DNA of 50,445 nt from a virus. Its lineage: Duplodnaviria > Heunggongvirae > Uroviricota > Caudoviricetes. Both the position numbers and the translations under genes were made by a program. Within the stretch, counting starts at the first letter, position 1, and every line of letters starts with the position of its first letter. Shown here piece after piece: positions 16,341 through 24,606 of this stretch. The stretch lies in IMG/VR virus record IMGVR_UViG_3300030339_000005; one strand, written 5' to 3'. The notes beneath the pieces are model-generated. The model was not told the origin of the DNA. It was given only the letters and a program-made list of their open reading frames with translations, and made no database searches.

Positions 16341-16346
16341 CAAAAC

Positions 16347-16429
16347 GCGTACTTAGTCAAGTGGCCGACGACGGTGGTCTCCAAAACCATTAGGGCAACC
16401 TCACGTGGGTTCGAATCCTACAGTGCGTG
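16347..16429 (+). tRNA. tRNA-Trp(CCA) with long variable arm
   Basis: GTGGT-CTCCAAA-ACCAT; variable stem AGG-GCAA-CCT; G73. Confidence 0.85.
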
Positions 16430-16445
16430 CTTAAAGAATGAAAAG

Positions 16446-16745
16446 ATGAATAGAGAAACTCACGGTTTTACCGATGAAATGTTAGAGCTATACAGAAAAG
16501 TATTTCCAGAGCAGAATGCTTCTGCAGAACAACTAGAATATTTTGCTTGGCCAGAACTATTTTGCAGTACATCAGGTCCTTATGGAGGAATCGGTGGTGC
16601 AGTAATGACAACATTTACTGTTGAAGCTTTTTATAATGGTGTATATGGAACTACACTATATGTATGTTTAAGTACTTATCAAAAAGGTACAACGAAATTT
16701 GAACCCTTTAAAGTCCTTTCTTCTGTATGGACACGCTTTACTTAA
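16446..16745 (+). CDS. Hypothetical protein
   Basis: WP..F.STSG..GGIGG..MT pattern. Confidence 0.6.
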   Translation: MNRETHGFTDEMLELYRKVFPEQNASAEQLEYFAWPELFCSTSGPYGGIGGAVMTTFTVEAFYNGVYGTTLYVCLSTYQKGTTKFEPFKVLSSVWTRFT

Positions 16746-16747
16746 CT

Positions 16748-16942
16748 ATGAGAGAAATAATCCTACAACGAATTGAAGAGATGAAAGAACATGAAAGAGA
16801 TTTTGCACCAAGTTCAATGAGGTGGCAAATGACTCTTATCAATGGAGTTCATATCTCTGTATGTGATTTTAGTAAGTTAACTGATGTAGAATTAGTAACT
16901 GCTTTTGAAAGAATTTGTCAACGTTATTATAGACAGTATTAA
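16748..16942 (+). CDS. Hypothetical protein
   Basis: ORF. Confidence 0.5.
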   Translation: MREIILQRIEEMKEHERDFAPSSMRWQMTLINGVHISVCDFSKLTDVELVTAFERICQRYYRQY

Positions 16943-16943
16943 G

Positions 16944-17216
16944 ATGAAATCAAAACACATTGAAGCAGGGCCTTGCCCTACTTGCGGTAAAAAATTGGAT
17001 GGCTTGACCAATCCAGTAGATGATGACTTGGACCAACAACCAGGTGATGTTTCCATTTGTTTCCATTGTGGTACAATTTTAGTCTTTAATGAAAACTTAG
17101 AGCTTGTGCCTTGTTCAGATGAAAATTTAGAAGAGTTAGATGAAGATTCAAGAGTACTAATCTTTGCGATTAGGGAAGCAATTTTAGCCCAGAGAAATAA
17201 TAGAACAGGTAATTAA
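16944..17216 (+). CDS. Zn-ribbon protein
   Basis: CPTCG...PGD.SICFHCG. Confidence 0.65.
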   Translation: MKSKHIEAGPCPTCGKKLDGLTNPVDDDLDQQPGDVSICFHCGTILVFNENLELVPCSDENLEELDEDSRVLIFAIREAILAQRNNRTGN

Positions 17217-17265
17217 AGAATCAGCAATTAATTTAATTGCAGAAGAAAGAAAACGTCAAATTGAG

Positions 17266-17493
17266 GTGGAAGGATGGACAGCTGAGCATGATGATGAATA
17301 CATTCATGGAGAGTTGGTTACAGCAGCAGTTTGTTATGTTTTAGAAGATCATACTTTTGCTCAAGCCTTATGGCCTTGGGATCTTACATGGTGGAAACCC
17401 TCTCCAGATGACCGTATTAAAGAACTCAAAAAAGCAGCTGCTTTGATAGCTGCAGAAATTGATCGTTTAATTAGATTAGAAGATAAAAAATAA
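17266..17493 (+). CDS. Conserved phage protein (helical, possibly MazG-like); frame extends upstream to about 17197 without ATG
   Basis: AEERKRQIEVEGWTAEHDD...WPW...WKP...KAAALIAAEIDR. Confidence 0.6.
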   Translation: MEGWTAEHDDEYIHGELVTAAVCYVLEDHTFAQALWPWDLTWWKPSPDDRIKELKKAAALIAAEIDRLIRLEDKK

Positions 17494-17852
17494 TGAAAAA
17501 GACATTGCTCTGGCTAGATGATGCAAGGAATCCTCTTGAAGATGATTGGCTTGTATTTAGTCCTATTGGTAAAGATGTCCATGTAGAGTGGGTAATGACC
17601 CAAATGGAGTTCCAAGATTGGATTATGATTAACGGATTACCAGATGCTATATGTTTTGATCATGATTTAGGTACTGGAAATGGAGATGGTTATGAATGTG
17701 CAAAATTTTTATGTGAATACTGTTTTGTACACAAATTACCATTACCTTTGTATTCTTCACAATCAGCGAATGCTGTAGGACGTGAAAATATTGTTTCTTA
17801 TCTTGAAAACTATAAGAAACATTGTGAACTACCTAAGCCGTCTGATGGTTAA
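17493..17852 (+). CDS. Cyclic-phosphate-processing receiver-domain protein
   Basis: LWLDD.R.P, ICFDHDLG, GYECAKFL, SAN.VG..NI. Confidence 0.75.
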   Translation: MKKTLLWLDDARNPLEDDWLVFSPIGKDVHVEWVMTQMEFQDWIMINGLPDAICFDHDLGTGNGDGYECAKFLCEYCFVHKLPLPLYSSQSANAVGRENIVSYLENYKKHCELPKPSDG

Positions 17853-17973
17853 CTGACGGATGCCTGAGAGCACTGCTCTCGTACATTTTGATGCTTTTGA
17901 ACTCTTAAAATAAAAGCACATGGCACGTTTACTTGTGTAACAACCGTAACCTTTAGAAAGTTACGGTTTACTT

Positions 17974-18046
17974 GGACTCTAAGCTAATCTGGTGAAAGCG
18001 TGTGCCTGAAGAGCACGAGAGTTCGGATCGAAACCGGAAGAGTCCA
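17974..18046 (+). tRNA. tRNA-Phe(GAA)
   Basis: TGTGC-CTGAAGA-GCACG; atypical T-loop ATCGAAA. Confidence 0.85.
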
Positions 18047-18047
18047 C

Positions 18048-18518
18048 ATGCCAAGTTTAATAGACAAATTTAACGATGATGAATTTAGATTATTAGTAGC
18101 AGAAAGTATTTCTATTACTGATATTGCTAAATCACTTGGGTACAAGTCTAAGGGAGGTGCTGTAACAGGTGTTATTAAAAAGAGAATAGATAAATTAAGC
18201 GTAAATACATCCCATTTCTCAAAATACTCTATAAAAAATACAGAGAATAGAAATAAACCTTTAGATGAAATATTAGTTGAAAATTCAACATATACTAACA
18301 ATACATCACTAAAGAAAAGATTGTTATCAGAAGGACTAAAAACATATGCATGTGAAGTTTGCAATATATCTACTTGGTTAAGTAAACCATTATCTTTACA
18401 ATTAGACCCTATGAATGGAATAAATACTGATAATAGGTTAGAAAATTTACGATTAATATGTCCTAATTGTCATTCACAAACAGAAACTTTTTCTGGTAGG
18501 AATGCATCACATAATTAA
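18048..18518 (+). CDS. Free-standing HNH endonuclease, probably inactive
   Basis: CEVC..LQLDPMNG...DNRLENLRLICPNCH; the catalytic His of the D-H motif is replaced by Pro. Confidence 0.8.
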   Translation: MPSLIDKFNDDEFRLLVAESISITDIAKSLGYKSKGGAVTGVIKKRIDKLSVNTSHFSKYSIKNTENRNKPLDEILVENSTYTNNTSLKKRLLSEGLKTYACEVCNISTWLSKPLSLQLDPMNGINTDNRLENLRLICPNCHSQTETFSGRNASHN

Positions 18519-18523
18519 TATAA

Positions 18524-18552
18524 AGTAGGTGGGTTCGATCCCGCATTTCCCA
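18524..18552 (+). pseudogene. Orphan 3' tRNA fragment
   Basis: GTGGG-TTCGAT-CCCGC T-arm plus ATTTCCCA; no 5' half. Confidence 0.55.
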
Positions 18553-18575
18553 CAAACACCTTTAATTGAATGAAA

Positions 18576-18862
18576 ATGAAAAAAACTATTGTTAGTATTG
18601 TGTCTTGGTTTGTTCTTGTTCAGCTCTTGCGCTGAAAAGAAAACACTTAAAGACAGAAATGGAAAAGAATTTCTGGCTCGTCCTTATGGATTATTGAATC
18701 CTAGTGCTGAAGCCGATAGCGTAGTCTATGAAGCAAGTATGGGCACCATTCTTTGTAGTGTTGTGTTTGTAGAAACAATCTTTGCTCCGGTTTGGGGTTT
18801 GGGGTTTAGGTTGAGGGCTATACGAACCTGTGGGTTATAAAATACCTGATAAGGAAAAATAA
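18576..18862 (+). pseudogene. Frameshifted lipoprotein gene
   Basis: Lipobox FSSC; +1 A in A7 run after ATG; 7-nt duplication TTTGGGG; corrected end PVWGLG(TGA)GLYEPVG. Confidence 0.6.
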
Positions 18863-18897
18863 TGCTTAGTGGGGGAGCTTTGTATAGCCCCACATCT

Positions 18898-18982
18898 GGA
18901 AATGTGGCAGAGTGATCTATCGCGCTGCTCTTGAAAAGCAGAGGACCTACGGGTTCCGGGGGTTTGAATCCCTCCGTTTCCG
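18898..18982 (+). tRNA. tRNA-Ser(TGA)
   Basis: CTGCT-CTTGAAA-AGCAG, long variable arm, G73. Confidence 0.9.
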
Positions 18983-19006
18983 CAAAATTAACTTAATCTA
19001 TATTTT

Positions 19007-19486
19007 ATGGCTTATAGCTATCATGAAAGAACAATATCTAACTTAGGATATACTATAGATAAAGAAGGTAATTGTTATAATTCTAAGGGTAAGTTACTTA
19101 AAGGAACTATAGCTAATACTGGTTATCGTGTTGTTAGCACAACAATTGATGGCAAAACTATAAAGATAGGATTACATAGATTTCAAGCATATCAGAAATA
19201 TAATGATGAAATCTATAAAGAAGAAAATGAGGTAAGACATTTAAACGGTATTAGAAATGATAATTCATGAGATAATATTGAAATAGGTACTCATTCAGAT
19301 AACATATTAGATATTCCTCAAGATATCAGAATTAGGGTTGCAAAAAATGCGTCTACGAAGTATGATCAAAAATTAGTTGATGAAATAAAACATGATAAAG
19401 AATTAGGCCCTTCTTATAATCAAATTATGGTTAAATATAATATTAGTAGTAAAGGGACAATTAGTTATATTATTAATCAACGATAA
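19007..19486 (+). CDS. HNH homing endonuclease with one in-frame TGA (19268)
   Basis: VRHLNG...DNS(TGA)DNIEIGTHSDN; frame open to TAA 19486 with C-terminal HTH. Confidence 0.8.
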
Positions 19487-19489
19487 ACT

Positions 19490-19575
19490 GGAGAAGACAA
19501 CCTGTGGGGAATAGGGCTTGCCTGCTAAGCAATGCGCTCATTTACATGAGTTCGTGTCGGACACGAGTTTCTCCG
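19490..19575 (+). tRNA. tRNA-Ser(GCT), non-canonical D and T arms
   Basis: GGAGAAG/TTTCTCC-G acceptor, TTGC-CTGCTAA-GCAA, long variable arm, T-loop GTCGGAC. Confidence 0.7.
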
Positions 19576-19691
19576 CATATAGAAAGAAGGGAGTAACAAC
19601 GCAAGTTGACTTTGAAAATCCAACCCGATAATATTGCTCTCTCTGTGAATTCTTTTAATCCACGTTTCTTTGTCAAGTAAATGGGAGTCAT

Positions 19692-19765
19692 GCGCATTTA
19701 GCTCAGTTGGTTAGAGCACCACACTGATAATGTGGGGGTCCCAAGTTCAAGTCTTGGATTGCGCA
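19692..19765 (+). tRNA. tRNA-Ile(GAT)
   Basis: CCACA-CTGATAA-TGTGG. Confidence 0.92.
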
Positions 19766-19782
19766 CAATTAAAACCTTAGAT

Positions 19783-19932
19783 ATGGGAACATTTATAGTT
19801 ATTGGAATGTTTATGTTGTTTTTTATACTATTTTTTCGAGGTATGGAGAACATAGGTCGGTATAATCATGCCGAAGATAAAGCAATCGAAAAAGAATTAG
19901 AGGAGTTAAATAAATTAAAAATTAAAGAATAA
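19783..19932 (+). CDS. Small membrane protein
   Basis: N-terminal TM segment; TAATG coupling. Confidence 0.5.
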   Translation: MGTFIVIGMFMLFFILFFRGMENIGRYNHAEDKAIEKELEELNKLKIKE

Positions 19933-20198
19933 TGACGCTAGGAGAAATTCACCAGATAATGAGAGAAGCCGGCTTCACTTATTTTGATGGTTATAGTGGT
20001 ACAGACGATAAGGTTTATATCACTTTTTCAAAAGGTTACAATGGACGAGGAGACGCGATTGAATTTCACTTTAATCCTGGTTCTATAACCATTAAAACCT
20101 ACTATCAAGATGAAGATAGTAAAGACTACTTAGAGTACACTCATTATAATGCTTCAATCGCATTGAAGAATATATTGAATGCGCATAAGAGTAGTTAA
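19932..20198 (+). CDS. Hypothetical protein
   Basis: ORF. Confidence 0.55.
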   Translation: MTLGEIHQIMREAGFTYFDGYSGTDDKVYITFSKGYNGRGDAIEFHFNPGSITIKTYYQDEDSKDYLEYTHYNASIALKNILNAHKSS

Positions 20199-20205
20199 AT
20201 TCATC

Positions 20206-20279
20206 GGGCCTGTAGCTCAGTGGTAAGTAGCAACTGACTCATAATCAGGAGGTCGGGGGATCATTACCCTTCGGGCCCA
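20206..20279 (+). tRNA. tRNA-Ile2(CAT), lysidine type (inferred)
   Basis: GGGCCTG acceptor typical of Ile2; CTCATAA loop; T-loop ATCATTA. Confidence 0.75.
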
Positions 20280-20293
20280 CAAATTTTAAAAAT

Positions 20294-20710
20294 ATGAAAG
20301 AAAAATTTACACCTTACGAATTAGCAATAAAGTTAAAAGAAGCTGGCTTTGATGAAGGAGTTTTTGCTTACTTCAATACAACATCTGACACGCCTTCTGA
20401 ATTACAATTTCCAGAATATGGTGGCGAAGTTGATAATTGGAATCAAACGACACATATTGTTTCAGCTCCATTATGGCAGCAAGCAATAGATTGGATTAGA
20501 GAAAAACATAAATTAATGATAGATTCACCAAAACCAGACCAATGGAATCAGGATAGCTGGTCTGTTAGAATTGAGAGTATGGACAAAACGATTGTCCTTG
20601 AAGCATATGTTGATCAAGAATATTGGAGAATATATAGATGTCACAAATCATATCAAGAAGCAAGAGAACAATCTATTCTAAAAGCATTAGAACTAATTAA
20701 TAAAGAATAA
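20294..20710 (+). CDS. Hypothetical phage protein
   Basis: LA.KLKE.GF...AP..Q.A..W.REKH...YEEA pattern. Confidence 0.65.
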   Translation: MKEKFTPYELAIKLKEAGFDEGVFAYFNTTSDTPSELQFPEYGGEVDNWNQTTHIVSAPLWQQAIDWIREKHKLMIDSPKPDQWNQDSWSVRIESMDKTIVLEAYVDQEYWRIYRCHKSYQEAREQSILKALELINKE

Positions 20711-20827
20711 TATGAGATACTTTTTAGGAACATCAATGTTTTTAATGATTTACTTCGGACAACCTCGATATCCTCAAAATCTCGTGGTTCATGTTGAAAA
20801 TCATATTCTTATTTCCGAATAAGATAT

Positions 20828-20910
20828 GCCTGTATAGCAAAGTGGCCAAACGCGTCTGACTGTAACTCAGATTCCTTACGGATTCAGAGGTTCAAATCCT
20901 TTTGCAGGCA
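20828..20910 (+). tRNA. tRNA-Tyr(GTA)
   Basis: TCTGA-CTGTAAC-TCAGA, variable arm. Confidence 0.9.
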
Positions 20911-21100
20911 CAAACACTCAGAGGGTTAACTGAGTTATCAAAGAGTATCATAAAGTGAGTTATCTCTTTTACGATCAAAAAATAGCTATATTAGGACACA
21001 TTTGAGAATTAAGTCGGGTTGTTCCCGCAGGTCGAATTACCTGGGTCAATTATTCAAATTAAAATGTGTAGCAAGAGTAATTAACTTGCTACACACACTT

Positions 21101-21173
21101 GCCCCTGTAGCTCAGTGGCCAGAGCGGCACTTTTGTAAAGTGCGGGCCGGCGGTTCGATCCCGTCCAGGGGCT
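21101..21173 (+). tRNA. tRNA-Thr(TGT)
   Basis: GCACT-TTTGTAA-AGTGC. Confidence 0.93.
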
Positions 21174-21190
21174 CAATTAAATTTATAGAT

Positions 21191-21427
21191 ATGGAAAAGA
21201 CAATTGAAGAAGTAAAGAAAGAATTACTTGATAATGTTATTATAACGACGCCAAGTAGAGCTTTCGCAGGAGGGCAGAGTTGTGGAATGGTGGATTGGTC
21301 AGTTAAACTTTATCAAGGGGATTTAGACATTACAATTTCTATTGGAAATTTCCATAGCATTCGTGAGAATAAAAGTTTGGCTATGACTTTAATGGAATTA
21401 GCTATTGATGAAGTAATTAAAGATTAA
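21191..21427 (+). CDS. Hypothetical protein
   Basis: ORF with GGQSCG. Confidence 0.55.
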   Translation: MEKTIEEVKKELLDNVIITTPSRAFAGGQSCGMVDWSVKLYQGDLDITISIGNFHSIRENKSLAMTLMELAIDEVIKD

Positions 21428-21428
21428 T

Positions 21429-21857
21429 ATGGATAATGATTTAAAAACCTCAGTTGAATGGCAAAGATTGTGTCCTTCTCCTAAAGTTATTGGCTTTGAG
21501 GGATGGAATGGTGAAGACCAATGGCAAAATGTTGAGATGTCTTATCTAGAATATCAACAAAGAGTGTTTCTAAGTACTTGTGCATTTATTAGTTTATCGC
21601 CATCAATAAGAGTTATTCCAGAGTATGGAACTCCAGGAGGTCTGGTATCAGGAACTGAATTATTAACACAAATTCTGGAAAGAGATGCTAGGACATCCCA
21701 AATAATGGCTAATACTGCTGTTATGAGCCCTCCAGATTTTCTAGGATTATTACACGATGTTCCAGCACCATCAAGAACAGATCCTCAAATTATTTCTAGT
21801 GCTGAGAGAAAAAGGATTAGAGAACAAATAGAAAGATTATGTGGGGACAGGGAATAA
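21429..21857 (+). CDS. Hypothetical protein
   Basis: ORF. Confidence 0.55.
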   Translation: MDNDLKTSVEWQRLCPSPKVIGFEGWNGEDQWQNVEMSYLEYQQRVFLSTCAFISLSPSIRVIPEYGTPGGLVSGTELLTQILERDARTSQIMANTAVMSPPDFLGLLHDVPAPSRTDPQIISSAERKRIREQIERLCGDRE

Positions 21858-22137
21858 AAGGAGATTTTGATGTTCTTCAATTTTTGAAGGACGAGGGTTA
21901 TTTAGTTGATGAAGAAGTCGATGAAATTGTAGATGACGATGAAAATGACGATTATTGGGAAAAATTATGGGACGTGAGTTCATAGAAAAACAATTTAGAA
22001 GTGAAGTTGAGATGCTTAAATTTATTCAAGATCCCAAAAGAGTTGCTAAAGTGAGAGAAAAGTATCCATCTGATAAATATGTATCAAGAATGGATTTTGA
22101 TAAGAGACAGTTAATTATTACAGAGAAATAAGTAGAT

Positions 22138-22221
22138 GCCTAAGTGGCGAAATTTGGTTATACGCGTATGCCTTAGGAGCATATGTCTTGCGACGTGTCG
22201 GTTCGAGTCCGACCTTGGGTA
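22138..22221 (+). tRNA. tRNA-Leu(TAG)
   Basis: TATGC-CTTAGGA-GCATA. Confidence 0.92.
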
Positions 22222-22232
22222 CTTAAAACCTT

Positions 22233-22622
22233 ATGATTATGAAAACAGTTATTGTAGAAAACACATTTTTAAAAAGACAGTATGATATTCCAGATGAAAA
22301 GCCTATTATAATGGACTTTGGTTGGGGTAATGGTTATGCTCTTATTCCAATTGATCATCCATTATTTGGACGACACTATGATGATATCAATGAACATATT
22401 GATATTCATGGTGGTCTTACTTTTAGTGCTTTTGTAAATGAAGGTTTGATTCAAAGCTTCGGGATTGATCCAGAATATGATGGTTACTGGTGTGTTGGTT
22501 TTGACACGTGTCATTATCAAGATACATTAGCAAGATGGCCAAAAGAAGCTGTTCAAATAGAAGCAGATGAGTTAGCTCGTCAATTAGAATTATTTGAGGT
22601 TGCTTGGAATAACAACTTATAA
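22233..22622 (+). CDS. Conserved phage protein
   Basis: GWGNGY..HP..G..YD...IHGGLTF...W.VGFDT.H. Confidence 0.7.
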   Translation: MIMKTVIVENTFLKRQYDIPDEKPIIMDFGWGNGYALIPIDHPLFGRHYDDINEHIDIHGGLTFSAFVNEGLIQSFGIDPEYDGYWCVGFDTCHYQDTLARWPKEAVQIEADELARQLELFEVAWNNNL

Positions 22623-22671
22623 AAATTGCTCGAGGAGAAGCATATAGGATGAAAATCTCATCTCCCAACTC

Positions 22672-22744
22672 GCGGGAATAGCTCAATTGCTAGAGTGCCT
22701 CTCTTCCAAAGAGGAAGTTGTCGGTTGGAACCCGGTTTCCCGCA
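22672..22744 (+). tRNA. tRNA-Gly(TCC)
   Basis: CCTCT-CTTCCAA-AGAGG. Confidence 0.85.
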
Positions 22745-22841
22745 CAATAAGGTTCAGAATTCAACACTGGAAAACTAATTAAATTTATTCCAGGTCTTAG
22801 CGTTTACGCAAGTAAGAATAAAAACAAAGCCTTATCTCCAT

Positions 22842-22915
22842 GGTGTTTATAGTGTTAGCGGATAGCACGGAAGTTTGTGGAGCTTTTAGGTACAGTTCGA
22901 ATCTGTATAGACACC
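22842..22915 (+). tRNA. tRNA-His(GTG)
   Basis: Encoded G-1:C73; GAAGT-TTGTGGA-GCTTT. Confidence 0.88.
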
Positions 22916-22932
22916 CAATTAATTAAAAAAAT

Positions 22933-23547
22933 ATGGCATATATTTATTGTATTACAAATCAAATTAATCAAAAGAAATATGTAGGTAAATCTACTAGTTG
23001 TATTGAACAAAGATGAGCTGAGCATTGTAGAGATGCAAGAAAAGAAAGATGTGAGAAAAGACCTCTATATAATGCTATACAAAAATATGGAGTTGAAAGT
23101 TTTCAAATTGAACTATTAGGGAAATATTCTGAAATAGATTTAGATTTCTATGAAAATTATTGAATTTGTGAACTAGATACATATAAAAATGGTTATAATG
23201 CCACTTTAGGAGGAGACGGAGCTATATTATTTGATTATAAATTAATTGTAGATACTTATAATCAAACAAAATGTACTCGAAGGACTTCAGAAATAATTGG
23301 CTGCTGTCTTGATACTATAAGAAAAGTATTAACTTTATATAATATAAATTTTAATACTAAAGAAGTAGTTCAATTAAATGGAGAAATTATTATTAATTCA
23401 TTTAAATCTATTACAGAAGCTTCTGAATGAATTTTTAATGAGGGCATATCTAAAGCTGCTTTAAGAAGCATATCTTCAAAAATTAGTGCAAATTGTAAAG
23501 GAAAAACAAAGTCAGCATTTAAAGATGAGTGAAGATATTTGGATTAA
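22933..23547 (+). CDS. GIY-YIG homing endonuclease with four in-frame TGA (23014, 23161, 23428, 23530); absent from ORF track
   Basis: MAYIYCITN..N.KKYVGKS...EQR*AEH...YGVESF...ENY*I...NGYN.T.GGDG; NUMOD-like tail; 204 codons with no other stop. Confidence 0.85.
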
Positions 23548-23710
23548 TCCCATTAATCACCCAGTGTGCCAAGTAAAGCCTCTTATTGAGAAATACAATA
23601 ACGTAACTTGTCTAGATAGTCTTAGTATGGTGCACCAACTAAGTAACAACGCTCTAGAAAACAAACAGGCTCAAGGGAGGTCTTTAGTGGTGAAAGCCAT
23701 TCCCTACTAC

Positions 23711-23782
23711 GGGGATATAGTTCATCGGCTAGAACGTTTGACTGTTAATCAAAGAAGAGTGGTTCGATTCCATTTATCCCCG
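23711..23782 (+). tRNA. tRNA-Asn(GTT)
   Basis: TTTGA-CTGTTAA-TCAAA. Confidence 0.9.
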
Positions 23783-23791
23783 CAAATAAAT

Positions 23792-23863
23792 TGTCCTATA
23801 GTGTAGTGGTAACTACGTCAGTTTTTGGAGCTGAAATCCTAGGTTCGAATCCTGGTGGGACAA
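23792..23863 (+). tRNA. tRNA-Gln(TTG)
   Basis: U1-A72; TCAGT-TTTTGGA-GCTGA. Confidence 0.9.
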
Positions 23864-23880
23864 CATTTAAAACAAATAAT

Positions 23881-24147
23881 ATGAAAGCAAAGTTTAAAGT
23901 TGGTGATAAAGTCATTATTAAAACTCTAGATTCTCAATATGGTAAGCAGAAAATGGCTGGAGAAATTGGACACATTGGAATAGTAAATTCGGTCTTTTTA
24001 GATACTTCGGATTCATCAATACATTGGTATCGTATGACTCCGACTGCTCCAGGACTCTGTTGGCCAGAGGATTGTTTGGAACTTGTTGAACCAGAACTTT
24101 CTACTTTTGAAGAATTAAGAAAAACTTCAGATATTACGTTTGTGTAA
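23881..24147 (+). CDS. Small SH3/KOW-like protein
   Basis: KFKVGDKV...W.E..LELV. Confidence 0.6.
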   Translation: MKAKFKVGDKVIIKTLDSQYGKQKMAGEIGHIGIVNSVFLDTSDSSIHWYRMTPTAPGLCWPEDCLELVEPELSTFEELRKTSDITFV

Positions 24148-24365
24148 TTTCTATCTATGCCATTCTAGAGGGGTGTAGGTCATTTACTCTTTGAGGATTA
24201 TAAGGGCGGTTGTTCCGATAATGCATCAGTTTTTGTTAGCTTTTGTGATTAAAACAAGCTAAATATTGGGAGAACCTAGTTCTTCTGAACAAATGATAAC
24301 TGCACTATGTCAGTTTATCTAAAGAATAGGAGACAGGTGTTTTCGGACACCTGTTCTTTAAAAAT

Positions 24366-24451
24366 GCCCATGTGGTGAAATCGGTAAACACAGCAGACTT
24401 AAAATCTGCCGATCAGTAATGGTCTTAGGGGTTCAAGTCCCCTTTTGGGTA
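24366..24451 (+). tRNA. tRNA-Leu(TAA)
   Basis: GCAGA-CTTAAAA-TCTGC. Confidence 0.9.
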
Positions 24452-24531
24452 CAGTAGGGATAAGCAAATATAAAGTAAATTTATTAAGATGCTTACGGGG
24501 GTTAGTGTTTAGTCGCTTATCCCTATTTTTT

Positions 24532-24605
24532 GGTGCGTTAGTTCAGTTGGTTAGAATGCTTGCCTGTCACGCAAGTGGTCACGGGTTCGAGCCCCGTACG
24601 CACCG
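24532..24605 (+). tRNA. tRNA-Asp(GTC)
   Basis: CTTGC-CTGTCAC-GCAAG. Confidence 0.94.
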
Positions 24606-24606
24606 C

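Noticed and set aside
17841-17880. Hammerhead ribozyme
   Set aside because: CTGATGG and CTGAGAG do not match CUGANGA, and no correctly placed GAAA is present.
18048-18552. Intron-split tRNA around the HNH gene
   Set aside because: tRNA-Phe upstream is complete, no group I core is present, and the 3' fragment has a T-loop deletion.
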